Shown here in pieces: positions 27,414 to 37,551 of a stretch of DNA of 46,127 nucleotides (position 1 is the first letter of the stretch; each line of letters starts with the position of its first letter). Both the position numbers and the translations under genes were made by a program. The stretch is from Bradymonadales bacterium. Lineage in GTDB: Bacteria > Bdellovibrionota > UBA2394. The stretch spans positions 1-46,127 of the forward strand of contig REDG01000028.1 of the NCBI GenBank assembly GCA_007693605.1. The letters run 5' to 3'. Under the pieces are notes generated by a model. It was not told the DNA's origin, searched no databases, and saw nothing but the letters and a program-made list of their open reading frames with translations.

Positions 27414-28433
27414 CTAGTTCCTTTGCGAGGGTCGGGCCGTACTGGGCTCCTGATTCGTCAAGGCCTTGAACTCGTCCCACTTCTCTTCCAGTTTTTCGTC
27501 CCAATGGGTCTCAGAAGAGCTCTGTCTGTTTTTTCGGACGGCTTCTTTGGCCGCTTCTACGGCCTCGGGTCGAGTGGTCTTCAGGTCTTTTGTCAGCCCC
27601 AAAAGCCAGCAAAACTGTATCAGCCACTTCGTGGGATCCCAATGGTACCAGCGGTGCCCGTTTCGATAGTCAAAAGGAAATCGATGATGATAGTTGTGCC
27701 AACCCTCACCACTCGTGAGAATCGCACAAATTAAAGAGTCTCGAGCCGTGATCTGATCACAATAAGGCCGTCTTCCCATATAGTGAGCCATCGAGTTAAT
27801 CAAATAAGTGAGTTGTTGAAAGACAAAGAGTCGCGTGAAGCCCGCAAGGAGCAAGGCCTCTAAAGGCCTCCCCAAAAGAAAACCCGCCAGCAGGGGAATT
27901 CCAAAACAAGCGCCTAGCATCCAGAAAAGATAATAGTGATGCTGATGTCGGACCCAGGGGTCTCTCTCCAAGTCTCTGCAGTTCGAAAAGTCTGTGGTCA
28001 TCGGCCCACCAAACATCCAACCCATATGAGCCCACCAAAAACTTCGTTTAACATTGTAGGGATCTCGATCAGTGTCCTCGTGGCGATGATGCCGACGATG
28101 GTCAGCACACCAAACGATCGCAGAGCCCTCGGCCGTTGAAGCCCCGGCAATCAAACTAAGAATGCGCAAAAACTGATTGGGTCGATGGGCGCGATGAGAA
28201 AAGGCCCGATGATAACCGACGCCAATACCAAGAAAGCCCAAAAACATCATTCCACAAAAGACCAGAACCTCAGCCCACTGAATGCTTCCGGTCAGAATCA
28301 CATAAAGAGGCCACAGGGTCAGACCCAAGAGATGCATTCCGCCGATAAAGAAAATGACCGACCAATTGGCCTGAAACTGATCTTTCGAGCTTCCCCGATG
28401 CCCTATGACGGCATTTTTCTTTAATCTGATCAC
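27414..28433 (-). CDS. Delta-9-type membrane fatty acid desaturase
   Basis: His boxes HRAFSH, HRRHH, HNYHH; DPTKW. Confidence 0.93.
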   Translation of the reverse strand: MIRLKKNAVIGHRGSSKDQFQANWSVIFFIGGMHLLGLTLWPLYVILTGSIQWAEVLVFCGMMFLGFLGIGVGYHRAFSHRAHRPNQFLRILSLIAGASTAEGSAIVWCADHRRHHRHEDTDRDPYNVKRSFWWAHMGWMFGGPMTTDFSNCRDLERDPWVRHQHHYYLFWMLGACFGIPLLAGFLLGRPLEALLLAGFTRLFVFQQLTYLINSMAHYMGRRPYCDQITARDSLICAILTSGEGWHNYHHRFPFDYRNGHRWYHWDPTKWLIQFCWLLGLTKDLKTTRPEAVEAAKEAVRKNRQSSSETHWDEKLEEKWDEFKALTNQEPSTARPSQRN

Positions 28434-28555
28434 TCGATACTTCCTGCCTTAACTTCTTGCTTCAACACAAACACATTAAACAAAAGCATGATGGGAGGGA
28501 ACTGAATAAGGTTGCTTAATTCTTTGCGAAGATGCCAGCTCCGAGAAGCGCAGCG

Positions 28556-28595
28556 ACGCAGCCGACAAAGCAGATGGGCCCTTAGCGCCAGTCCC
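28556..28595 (+). repeat. Dispersed REP/MITE-like repeat end, copy 2
   Basis: ACGCAGCCGACAAAGCAGATGGGCCCTTAGCGCCAGTCCC, abutting the DUF192 stop codon. Confidence 0.8.
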
Positions 28596-29054
28596 TCATT
28601 CAGAAATTTTAAATTCGACCCTATCCCCCAACTTTATCCCCAGCTCTTTGGATCGACCTCCACGAATTTCTAAAACATGTAAGGCGGGTTGCCTGCTGAA
28701 AATGCTCTCTTCTGAGAGCGGAGTCGCCTTATGATGAATGTCTACAATCTTTAGTGAGCGAGAGATAAAAATTAGGTCCAAAGAAATCGGCACATTTTTC
28801 ATCCAAAATTGTTGAGTGCGCTCTTCAGAATCCTCTGAGCCCAAAAAGAGCATGCCCTCAAAGGGCGCTAGCCGATCTCGAAACATCAAGCCCCGAGACC
28901 ACTCCTGTGGGCTGCGAGCTAGCTCCACCACAAAACGATGCTCTCCGATAACGACCTGAGAGTTCGACCGTCGCAGCATAGAGGCGGCATCGGCGGTCGA
29001 AAAGGCGGCGCCTTCAAAAACAAAGGCAGCGATGCACAGAAGAAGGATTCTCAT
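28596..29054 (-). CDS. DUF192 family exported protein
   Basis: VELA, RGLMFR, GMLF, FWMKN, LDLIFI, VLEI. Confidence 0.9.
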   Translation of the reverse strand: MRILLLCIAAFVFEGAAFSTADAASMLRRSNSQVVIGEHRFVVELARSPQEWSRGLMFRDRLAPFEGMLFLGSEDSEERTQQFWMKNVPISLDLIFISRSLKIVDIHHKATPLSEESIFSRQPALHVLEIRGGRSKELGIKLGDRVEFKISE

Positions 29055-30208
29055 TTCTCTAAGAGCTGAAGCTCCTCCAGCACCACCCGAAACAAAGGAA
29101 TTGGCAGGGCCCCCTGCATTCTTCGCCCATTGATAAAAAATGTCGGGGTCGCTCGGATTTGAAGCCGATTGGCCTCCACTATCATTTCTTGAAGCTTCTC
29201 TCGCATCTCTCCCCTGTCAAGACAGCTTTGCAGGGCTGCTGAATCGTGGCGAAAGCCCCTGAGCGCTTCTTCGAGCGAAATCAATCGATTCTCTTCGAGT
29301 AAAGTATTCATCACTTTGTGCGAAAAGTCTTTGTCTCGATTTTGCTCACGAAGACAAAGGCCGGCCTCTGAGAGGCTGCAGCTATGCGACCGAACATTAT
29401 CAGGAAGGGCCGGATTGCATCTTCCGTCACGAGGATAGGGAATTGAAATCAGTTCCATCTCAAACTCATTCATTAAAACCGGTAAAGTATGCAAGAACGC
29501 GGCAGCGCAAGCCGGGCAGCCATAATCGAAGAACTCGTGAACGACCAAATCAGACCCGGTGGTTCCGTAGCGCATCGGCGAGTCGATCACGATTCGTTCT
29601 GCCGTGGCTTGCCGGACATTGTCTCTCAGCCTAGAGAGCTCTTCTGGAGAAAAATCTCCCACATGACTGCTAGACATTCGAAGCCCGGCAAAACTCAAAA
29701 GTAAAACGCCCACCAAAAAGCAAAAGCCCGATGAAAATCTCGAAAGTAAGCCCATGCGGGGACTAAAAAACAAAGATAGGCCGGCTCCTGCCCATGCAAG
29801 ATAGCCGAGTAAACACACTAGACAGCCCATTCTAAGTTGAACCAGAAGCACAAAGGCGAAGTACAAACAACTCAACCAAGCCAAGCCGTAGGCAGAGAGG
29901 ACAATTTTTCGAGAAATGCCCTCTGTCCAAGACAAGAGCAAGCAAACAAAAAACCAAGCCGCACCGAAGAGCCCAACTGGAATTCCGAAAACGCTCGCAT
30001 AGGCCGTCAAAGCCACTCGATCACAATTCCAGTACGAACTAAAACTACAAAAGCTTGGGCCCCCAAGCGTTCCGGCTTGCATAGCGAACCAGTGATTGGC
30101 CGACCACAGCAGAATCCAAATTCCCAGTAGGCTAAACAGCGCTTGCAAAAGAATGGCCGGATGCTTCAGAGCGTCAGCCCACTTTGTAACTAGCATTACG
30201 AAATCCAT
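29051..30208 (-). CDS. VKOR-DsbA (thioredoxin-fold) fusion
   Basis: VKOR loop Cys pair and CLVC; DsbA CPAC and ATPTFFING. Confidence 0.88.
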   Translation of the reverse strand: MDFVMLVTKWADALKHPAILLQALFSLLGIWILLWSANHWFAMQAGTLGGPSFCSFSSYWNCDRVALTAYASVFGIPVGLFGAAWFFVCLLLSWTEGISRKIVLSAYGLAWLSCLYFAFVLLVQLRMGCLVCLLGYLAWAGAGLSLFFSPRMGLLSRFSSGFCFLVGVLLLSFAGLRMSSSHVGDFSPEELSRLRDNVRQATAERIVIDSPMRYGTTGSDLVVHEFFDYGCPACAAAFLHTLPVLMNEFEMELISIPYPRDGRCNPALPDNVRSHSCSLSEAGLCLREQNRDKDFSHKVMNTLLEENRLISLEEALRGFRHDSAALQSCLDRGEMREKLQEMIVEANRLQIRATPTFFINGRRMQGALPIPLFRVVLEELQLLEK

Positions 30209-30288
30209 TTAACCCTCTCCCCACTCGAGGGGCAATGAAAGAATCCGATGTGAAAATGAGCCGCTTTTAGATAAAGTAAAATTTAGTC

Positions 30289-31230
30289 GTGTCTTTTGTT
30301 TCTGATTTGTTACAACTTGTTACTCGCCATCAGGGTCGACTGTGGATCATTTTGATCTTGCTTGTGACCAGCTTTTTTTCTGCCAAAGCCGTGAACCGGT
30401 TAATCGCTTACCATTATCTGCCCTTGGAGATTCCTCGGGAAGAGGCGCAACACCTTGGACGAGGCTCGCCCATTCATCGAGCCAATGTCGACTTGAACCG
30501 CATTCTACAGAGGAATCTCTTTGACTCCTCCGCCCACGAAGGGCGGGCTCGGGCCACACCAGAACCGGAAGTCGATGAGGGAGAAATTCGACCCTCTACC
30601 CTCTCTGCAGAACTCTTGGGCAGCGTGACCTTTAGCAACCCGAGATATTCGGTGGCCCTGATTCGAAACCGCTCTGAGAATACCACCCGTTACTACTCCA
30701 TAGGGGACCGAATTCTGGGGGCTCAGCTGGTCCGAATCGAAAGGTTTCGAGTGATCATTCGAAACGCAGGACGATTGGAGTCTCTGGAGCTTCAGGCCGC
30801 TCGAATCAATATTGAAAGTCAAAGGCCCCAGACTCAGGTGAGTGTCAGTCCGACTCCCACACGCCGCCCTGCGCCGGCAGAGGATGTCAGCTTCGACGAA
30901 ATTGCTCCGGGTCGCTTTTTGATTCCCCAAGACACCGTCGATAGTTTGTTGTCTGACCTGCCGTCTATCTTGCGAGATGCTCGCGCCATCCCTAATGTCG
31001 GGCCAGAGAATCAGATCGAGGGCTTTCGCCTCTTAGAGATTCGGCCCAACAGTATTTATGATCGACTGGGCCTGCAAAACGGAGACATCGTTATGAGAGT
31101 CAACAACGACGATTTGAATAGCGTTGAGAAAGGAATGAGTCTTTTCACCGCATTGCGCAACGAAAAATCTATCTCGATCGATATAGTTCGGGCGGGAAGC
31201 AGGTTAAACTATACCTATGAAATCCGTTAG
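30289..31230 (+). CDS. gspC: T2SS protein C with PDZ domain
   Basis: TM helix, RNLF, HR domain, LGLQNGD. Confidence 0.9.
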   Translation: MSFVSDLLQLVTRHQGRLWIILILLVTSFFSAKAVNRLIAYHYLPLEIPREEAQHLGRGSPIHRANVDLNRILQRNLFDSSAHEGRARATPEPEVDEGEIRPSTLSAELLGSVTFSNPRYSVALIRNRSENTTRYYSIGDRILGAQLVRIERFRVIIRNAGRLESLELQAARINIESQRPQTQVSVSPTPTRRPAPAEDVSFDEIAPGRFLIPQDTVDSLLSDLPSILRDARAIPNVGPENQIEGFRLLEIRPNSIYDRLGLQNGDIVMRVNNDDLNSVEKGMSLFTALRNEKSISIDIVRAGSRLNYTYEIR

Positions 31231-33910
31231 CTTTTTGAAAAGCCCCCTTCTGCTGGGAGTTCTTTTTCTGGTATTGGCGCCGACTCCAAGTCTGGCACAA
31301 GAAGGCTTCAGTGAAATTAACGGAATGTTTGACGACGAAGACTTTGAAGACTTGGAGGAGATCTCCGATTCGGCTCCGAACGATGTTTTCGATGAAGAGA
31401 TGCCCACCGAAGTTTCTCCGATCCGACGTCCAACCCAAATCACTCGTCCGGCGCCCAGAGCCCGACCCACACAAACCACTCGATCCAGACAGGGGCCAAG
31501 CGGACCGCGCAGTACTTTAAACTTTGCTGAAGAGGTGCCTAATCCAGAGGAAAAACTCCGAATGGATTTTATTCAAGTGGACATCGAAGAAGTCGTGAAG
31601 TTTTTTTCGGAGCGATTGAAGAAAAAGTTCATTTTTGACCCAAGCATTTTACAGGGGCAAATCACCATCGTCTCGCCCACAGAGGTGAGCGTGCAAGAAG
31701 CTTGGCAGGCCTTTTTGTCGGCCATGGAGATTCGTGGTTATGCCGTCTATCCTGCGGGCGCTTACCTAAAGATTGATCGTGTCGCCAACGCCCGAAAAGC
31801 GCCGATTCCACTTTATCTGCACTCCACTCCTGACGACGACAGCTATGTCACTCGAATTGTCACGCTACAGTACTTGAGTGTTCGAGACATTCGTCAGGCC
31901 GTTCGCGAACTCGTTTCGCGAGGGGGCGGCGATGTCATTGAACACGCCCCGACAAACACCCTCATCATCACAGACTATGCCTCGAATATTCGTCGAATCG
32001 TTCGCATTTTGAATATTTTGGATGTGGAGGGCTTTCAGGAACAAATCGCTGTGATCCCTCTCAATTACACCTCGGCGGCTGAGGCGGCTCGCAAGATCAA
32101 TGAGATTTTTCCGACTGGACCTCAAACTGGCACTCCTCAGAGGCCGACACCAAGAACCGCACGACAACGGCAGGCGGCTCAGCAAGCGGCAGCGGCTGCT
32201 GCGGGCGGAGAGAGCGTGATTCAGAAGGTGGTGTCTGACGACCGAACCAATTCGCTGATTGTTTTGGGAAGCGAGCGAGGGATCGAACAGGTGAGAAGGT
32301 TTCTTGAACAAATTGATATTGCGGTCGAGGGGGGCGACGGTCAGATTCATGTGTATCCCTTGCAGAATGTGAAGGCCGAAGACATCGCCCAAACTCTGGC
32401 GAACCTAACCCAAGCGGCCAGCCCCAGAACGCCAACCACTCAACGACAAACACCGGCTCAACGGGCGGCTGCCGCACGAGCCGGAACTCCCCCAGAGACG
32501 GCTCAGGCCTCAGCGGATCTTTTTGACGGTGACATTCGCATTACCGCCGACCCCCGATCGAACGCTTTGATTATCATGGCCTCTCCCAGAGACTTCGAAA
32601 CCATTCGCGGCATTATTGAAAAGCTGGATGTCCGACGACGCCAGGTCTTTATTGAAAGTGTGATTTTGGAGGCCCGTGTTGGAGGAGGCTCTCAGTTCGG
32701 CTCTCAAGTCACAGGCCCTCTTTTTAGAACCGGTGCGATGGGCGGACAGCCGGGCCAGCCGAACACCTCTGAAAAGTCCTCAGCCGTTGGGGGAATTGGA
32801 GCTTTGCCCAGCACGACGAATCTGCTGAGTATTCTTGGAGGCCTTGCAGGCGGCACTTCGCTGCAAGGCTTGGCCCTTGGTTTCCGGTCGGGTGGAACCG
32901 TGTCTGTGCCCTTTACCACCTCAGACGGAAAGACAGAGACCCGTCAGGTGCCCTTGCTCTCGGCCGTTCTACAGTTGGCCGCGACTTCGTCCAATATCAA
33001 TGTCTTGTCCACCCCCCATATTTTGGCCACGGCCAACGAACAAGCCTCGATTGCCATCGGACAAGAGATTCCTCAAGTTCGATCTCAACAACCCGACGCT
33101 CAAGGCAACCTTATCCAGACCTTCGATCGAATTCGAATCGCGACTGAGTTGAGTATCACTCCTCAAATCAATGCCGGAGACTATCTGACTTTGGAAATCG
33201 ATCAAAAAGTGAACGAACCGGGTGAGTCGATTCAAGGTCAAATCTCAACGGTCACTCGTGAGGCCAAAACGACGGCCATTGTTCAAGACGGACAAACGAT
33301 CGTCATTGGAGGGATCATGCGAGATCGAACCGTGGTCGACACCAACAAAGTCCCCTTCTTGGGAGACATTCCCATTCTAGGCTGGCTCTTTAAGTCGAGA
33401 AGAACCGAAAATCAGAAGGTCAATCTTCTGTTGTTTATCACGCCGCATATCATTCGAGACACCGGCGATATGAATGATGTGTTCTTTCGAAAGTTGTCGG
33501 AACGAAATGACTTCTTAAAGAGAATTGGTGTCGACGAGATGCCAAGAATTCCCTTCTCCGGCTTTCGTCGAGAAGATTTGGAGTTCTTAGACGAGGAGTA
33601 TCTGAAGAGTATTCAGCTCACTCCCCTACCCGACCGTGTTCCGCTCGAAGAGAAATCTCCAAATGCGCTTCAAGAGACGGAGGTCAAAGAGGCTGCTCCA
33701 AAACGCAGAAAGGGCGGAAGCATTCCGATTGGGCCTCGATCTCGAGAAGCCCTGCCCGTTGACTCTGATTTTGAAGACGCCATCCCCGTGCTAGAAATGG
33801 AATCTTCAGACGAACGGCCCCGTTTAGACCGACTAACCGACGAAGACCTGATGATTCTCGACGAACCCCCAAGCTGGGAGACCGACTGGAATGGCTCATT
33901 TGAAGACTAA
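31217..33910 (+). CDS. gspD: T2SS secretin
   Basis: N0-N3 domains, LDVRRRQVFIE, KVPFLGDIPILGWLF, LFITPHII. Confidence 0.95.
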   Translation: MKSVSFLKSPLLLGVLFLVLAPTPSLAQEGFSEINGMFDDEDFEDLEEISDSAPNDVFDEEMPTEVSPIRRPTQITRPAPRARPTQTTRSRQGPSGPRSTLNFAEEVPNPEEKLRMDFIQVDIEEVVKFFSERLKKKFIFDPSILQGQITIVSPTEVSVQEAWQAFLSAMEIRGYAVYPAGAYLKIDRVANARKAPIPLYLHSTPDDDSYVTRIVTLQYLSVRDIRQAVRELVSRGGGDVIEHAPTNTLIITDYASNIRRIVRILNILDVEGFQEQIAVIPLNYTSAAEAARKINEIFPTGPQTGTPQRPTPRTARQRQAAQQAAAAAAGGESVIQKVVSDDRTNSLIVLGSERGIEQVRRFLEQIDIAVEGGDGQIHVYPLQNVKAEDIAQTLANLTQAASPRTPTTQRQTPAQRAAAARAGTPPETAQASADLFDGDIRITADPRSNALIIMASPRDFETIRGIIEKLDVRRRQVFIESVILEARVGGGSQFGSQVTGPLFRTGAMGGQPGQPNTSEKSSAVGGIGALPSTTNLLSILGGLAGGTSLQGLALGFRSGGTVSVPFTTSDGKTETRQVPLLSAVLQLAATSSNINVLSTPHILATANEQASIAIGQEIPQVRSQQPDAQGNLIQTFDRIRIATELSITPQINAGDYLTLEIDQKVNEPGESIQGQISTVTREAKTTAIVQDGQTIVIGGIMRDRTVVDTNKVPFLGDIPILGWLFKSRRTENQKVNLLLFITPHIIRDTGDMNDVFFRKLSERNDFLKRIGVDEMPRIPFSGFRREDLEFLDEEYLKSIQLTPLPDRVPLEEKSPNALQETEVKEAAPKRRKGGSIPIGPRSREALPVDSDFEDAIPVLEMESSDERPRLDRLTDEDLMILDEPPSWETDWNGSFED

Positions 33911-33949
33911 TCTTTTGAGCCTTGTCGCTGAAGAACTTACTGGAGGCGC

Positions 33950-35749
33950 ATGAGCGATTCCGAAAAAACTCAAGTTTTGACTCGAAGTGATCGAGAGCAG
34001 CTTCAGAGCTTTTTTGAAAGCCAAGACTCAGACCGCTCAGGCCTTGATATGGACATTGGCGGCCTTCTGCTCAAGGCCTCCCTCATCACAGAAGAACAAT
34101 TGCAACAGGCCCTCGACATTCAGTCTGAAGCACCCCCAAGTGCCAGAGAGAGATTGGGTGAGATTCTTGTTCGACAAAAGATTGTCACAGAGGCCCAGCT
34201 CCTAGAGATTCTGGCTCACCAGCTTGGGCTACCCTTTGTCCGTTCAGTCAACGATCGAGACATTCCGGAAGAACTTCTCAAGCAAGTTCCCACTCGATTT
34301 GCAAAACGGTTTAGTCTGCTGCCGGTTCGAATCGACCCGCATTTTGTAGAGGTGCTCACCTCAGACCCCTTGAACACGGTTGTGCTAGACGATGTTCGTA
34401 TTCTTTTGCAGAAGCCGATTCGCATTGGCGTCTGCCCCTCGGCCGTCATCACCGAAGCGATCAATCGATCTTACGACAGGATCTCAACCACCGACACGAG
34501 CATTGAGGACCTGGATGCCAATGTCATTGAAGAAGCCGAGATGGAAGAGCCCGTTGATCTTCTCGACAGTGAAGATGAGGCCCCCATCATTCGCTTGGTC
34601 AACAACATTCTGGTGAGAGCGGTAAAAGATCGGGCGAGTGATATTCACATTGAGCCTTACGAGAGAGAAGTCGCCGTTCGATTTAGAATTGACGGAGACC
34701 TCTACGACATTCTTAAGATTCCAAAGCGAGTTCAAAACTCCGTCACCTCTCGAATCAAACTGATTGGCGGTTTGAATATTGCAGAGAAGCGGCTGCCGCA
34801 GGACGGAAGAATCCGCATCAAGATTGCCGGAAAAGATATCGACCTGCGGCTTTCGACTGTCCCGGTAAATCACGGAGAGAGGGTCGTTTTACGGCTACTG
34901 GACAAGGCCGCCGTGGTATTGGATCTGGAGACTCTTGGCCTCGAAGACCAGATGCTTCGACTCATGGAGGAGCTGATTCAGAAACCCTACGGGATCATTC
35001 TGGTCACGGGCCCAACGGGAAGTGGAAAGACCACCAGTCTCTATGCCTGTCTTTCGAAGATTAACCGAGAGAACATCAATATCATTACGGTCGAAGATCC
35101 CATTGAGTATCAGCTGCCAGGAATTGGCCAGATTCAAGTCAATGAGAAGGTCGGTCTCAGCTTTGCCTCAGGTCTTCGATCTATTCTGCGACAAGATCCC
35201 GATGTGGTTCTGATCGGAGAGATTCGAGACCGTGACACAGCCGAAATCGCCGTACAGGCCTCGCTCACCGGCCATTTGGTTTTATCCTCGATTCACACGA
35301 ATGACGCGAGCTCGTGTGTGGCCAGGCTGGTCGATATGGGGATCGAGCCCTTTCTTGTGGCAAGTTCCCTGATCGGAATTGTCGCCCAACGGCTGGTTCG
35401 TCGGGTCTGTATGTATTGCCGAGAGGCTTATCTGCCCACTCCCGAAGAACTTCAACGAATCGGAGTCACAAAACTCCCTGAAGGGGCTACGGTTTACCGA
35501 GCCAAGGGCTGTGACCGATGTTATCACACCGGCTATCGCGGTCGGATGGGAATCTTTGAGCTTCTTCCGATCAACGAAGAGCTTCGTTCTGTTATTCTAA
35601 AGAACTCAGACTCCGTGCACATCAAACAAGCGGCTTTGGCTCAAGGCTTTCAGCCCATGAGAACGGATGGGATACGAAAAGTCTTTCTCGGAATGACCAC
35701 GATTGAAGAAGTCTTGGCGACGACCTCTGAAGACTCTAGGATAGAATAA
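33950..35749 (+). CDS. gspE: T2SS assembly ATPase with MshEN-like N-domain
   Basis: ASDIHIEP, GPTGSGKTT, LRQDPD, GEIRD, tetra-Cys. Confidence 0.96.
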   Translation: MSDSEKTQVLTRSDREQLQSFFESQDSDRSGLDMDIGGLLLKASLITEEQLQQALDIQSEAPPSARERLGEILVRQKIVTEAQLLEILAHQLGLPFVRSVNDRDIPEELLKQVPTRFAKRFSLLPVRIDPHFVEVLTSDPLNTVVLDDVRILLQKPIRIGVCPSAVITEAINRSYDRISTTDTSIEDLDANVIEEAEMEEPVDLLDSEDEAPIIRLVNNILVRAVKDRASDIHIEPYEREVAVRFRIDGDLYDILKIPKRVQNSVTSRIKLIGGLNIAEKRLPQDGRIRIKIAGKDIDLRLSTVPVNHGERVVLRLLDKAAVVLDLETLGLEDQMLRLMEELIQKPYGIILVTGPTGSGKTTSLYACLSKINRENINIITVEDPIEYQLPGIGQIQVNEKVGLSFASGLRSILRQDPDVVLIGEIRDRDTAEIAVQASLTGHLVLSSIHTNDASSCVARLVDMGIEPFLVASSLIGIVAQRLVRRVCMYCREAYLPTPEELQRIGVTKLPEGATVYRAKGCDRCYHTGYRGRMGIFELLPINEELRSVILKNSDSVHIKQAALAQGFQPMRTDGIRKVFLGMTTIEEVLATTSEDSRIE

Positions 35750-36975
35750 TGCCTCAGTACGAATATCAAGGCTTTAACGCCAACGGCAAATCCGTTCGGG
35801 GCAGCATCGCACTGGATAGTGTGGCGGCAGCGAAGGCTCAATTGCGTCGAGACGGTGTTTTTGTCAGCCATATCCAGGAGTCTCTGGTCGTCAAATCTTC
35901 AGAGTCCGGAAATTCCACCTTCTCGCTCAGTTTTTTGCAGAGAATTCCTCAAGAAGATATTTCGAATATGACTCGGCAGCTCGCCACTCTGGTGGCGGCA
36001 CATATTCCCTTGGTCGAAGCCCTCGATGCTCTCACCGAACAAATCGAAAACAAAAAGCTCCAGGCGACCATCGCCCGCGTGCGATCGGATGTGAACGAGG
36101 GATCGAGCTTGCATCAAGCCCTCTCGAAGTTCCCTCACGTTTTTTCTGAGTTGTTTATTAGCATGGTCGAGTCTGGAGAGACCTCTGGAGCCTTAGAGAT
36201 TGTCCTGCTGAGGCTGGCAGACTTTCTCGAGTACCAGAATCGGCTGAAGAAAAAAGTCGTGGGAGCGATGATCTATCCCATTTTGATGATTGCCTTTGGG
36301 CTCGTGGCCGTCTTGGTGATTTTCACATTTGTCATTCCCGAGCTGGAGTCGGTGTTTCGAGATGCACAGGCGAGCTTGCCCACCATCACGATCATCGTAC
36401 TTTGGCTGTCTCGCTTCAGCTTGAGTTACTGGTGGGCCATGTTGCTCGTGCTTGTTTTCATTTTCTTTGGAGTTCGAGCCTATCTCAGTAGCGCTCGAGG
36501 ACGAAGGAAGTGGGATGCCGTTCGACTAAAGCTGCCTGTTTTTGGGGAACTCACTCGAATGATTGCCGTCTCTCGATTTACAAAGACTTTGAGTACGCTC
36601 CTGAAGAGCGGGGTGCCGCTGCTACTGAGCCTTAAGGTGGTCAAAAATGTGGTCGGAAACATCAGCATTCGAGAGGCCATTGAACGAGCTTCGACCAATC
36701 TCACCGAAGGTCAGGGAATCTCGGGCCCTCTTAGAAGAAGTGGTCAGTTTCCTCCGATGGTCACGCATATGGTGGCCGTGGGTGAGCGGACGGGTGAAAT
36801 CGAAGAAATGCTAGAACGAGTGGCCGAACACTATGAATTTCAGGTGGAATCTAGAATTCAAAGTCTCACAGCCCGAATAGAGCCCCTGATGATCATCGTT
36901 TTGGCCGTGATTGTTCTGGTGATCGTTTTGGCCGTGATCTTACCCATGATTGAATTGAACAATGCGGTGTTGTAA
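35749..36975 (+). CDS. gspF: T2SS inner-membrane platform protein
   Basis: RQLATL, GETSG, YP, GERTG, EP; three TM helices. Confidence 0.95.
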   Translation: MPQYEYQGFNANGKSVRGSIALDSVAAAKAQLRRDGVFVSHIQESLVVKSSESGNSTFSLSFLQRIPQEDISNMTRQLATLVAAHIPLVEALDALTEQIENKKLQATIARVRSDVNEGSSLHQALSKFPHVFSELFISMVESGETSGALEIVLLRLADFLEYQNRLKKKVVGAMIYPILMIAFGLVAVLVIFTFVIPELESVFRDAQASLPTITIIVLWLSRFSLSYWWAMLLVLVFIFFGVRAYLSSARGRRKWDAVRLKLPVFGELTRMIAVSRFTKTLSTLLKSGVPLLLSLKVVKNVVGNISIREAIERASTNLTEGQGISGPLRRSGQFPPMVTHMVAVGERTGEIEEMLERVAEHYEFQVESRIQSLTARIEPLMIIVLAVIVLVIVLAVILPMIELNNAVL

Positions 36976-37017
36976 CAACTTGTTTCCCAAAGAAGCTTTA
37001 GCGATTCATGGGGAGTA

Positions 37018-37551
37018 TTGATAGAGGGCCAGATTCGAAACGACGAAGACAACACTCCCATATCAGAAGCAGATCTTGACCCAGCCCAACCTCTTTGCGA
37101 TGCTAGCAAAGTGAATTCGTTTTGGTATCGAAAGATCAGGAACTCAAAGAAGGCTTTAACGCTCATTGAACTTTTGGCGGTTCTGACCATCTTGGCTTTG
37201 GTTGGAGGAATTGCTGGGCCGGCCATTTATCGACAAGTCACACAAGGAAGATCTCGAACGGCAGAAGCTCAAATCGCCGCCATCGAGAAATCCTTGAACG
37301 CATTTTATCTAGACTGCGGCTTCTTTCCCAGAAGCCTAGACGACTTGATTCGGCCACCTTCTGAGGGACGACAATGTCCCAACTATGATCCGGAAGGATA
37401 TTTCGAGAGAGGAAGCTTGCCTGTCGACCCCTGGGGTAACCCCTATTTTTATGAATCTCCTGGTCAGGTAAGAAGCTCCTCGTATGATCTTTTCTCGGCT
37501 GGCCCTGACCGGGAGCCTGGGACCGAGGATGACATCACCAACTGGGACTAA
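37018..37551 (+). CDS. gspG: Major pseudopilin (true start may be GTG 37111)
   Basis: A-LTLIELL, DPWGNPY, SAGPDREPGTEDDITNW. Confidence 0.93.
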   Translation: MIEGQIRNDEDNTPISEADLDPAQPLCDASKVNSFWYRKIRNSKKALTLIELLAVLTILALVGGIAGPAIYRQVTQGRSRTAEAQIAAIEKSLNAFYLDCGFFPRSLDDLIRPPSEGRQCPNYDPEGYFERGSLPVDPWGNPYFYESPGQVRSSSYDLFSAGPDREPGTEDDITNWD

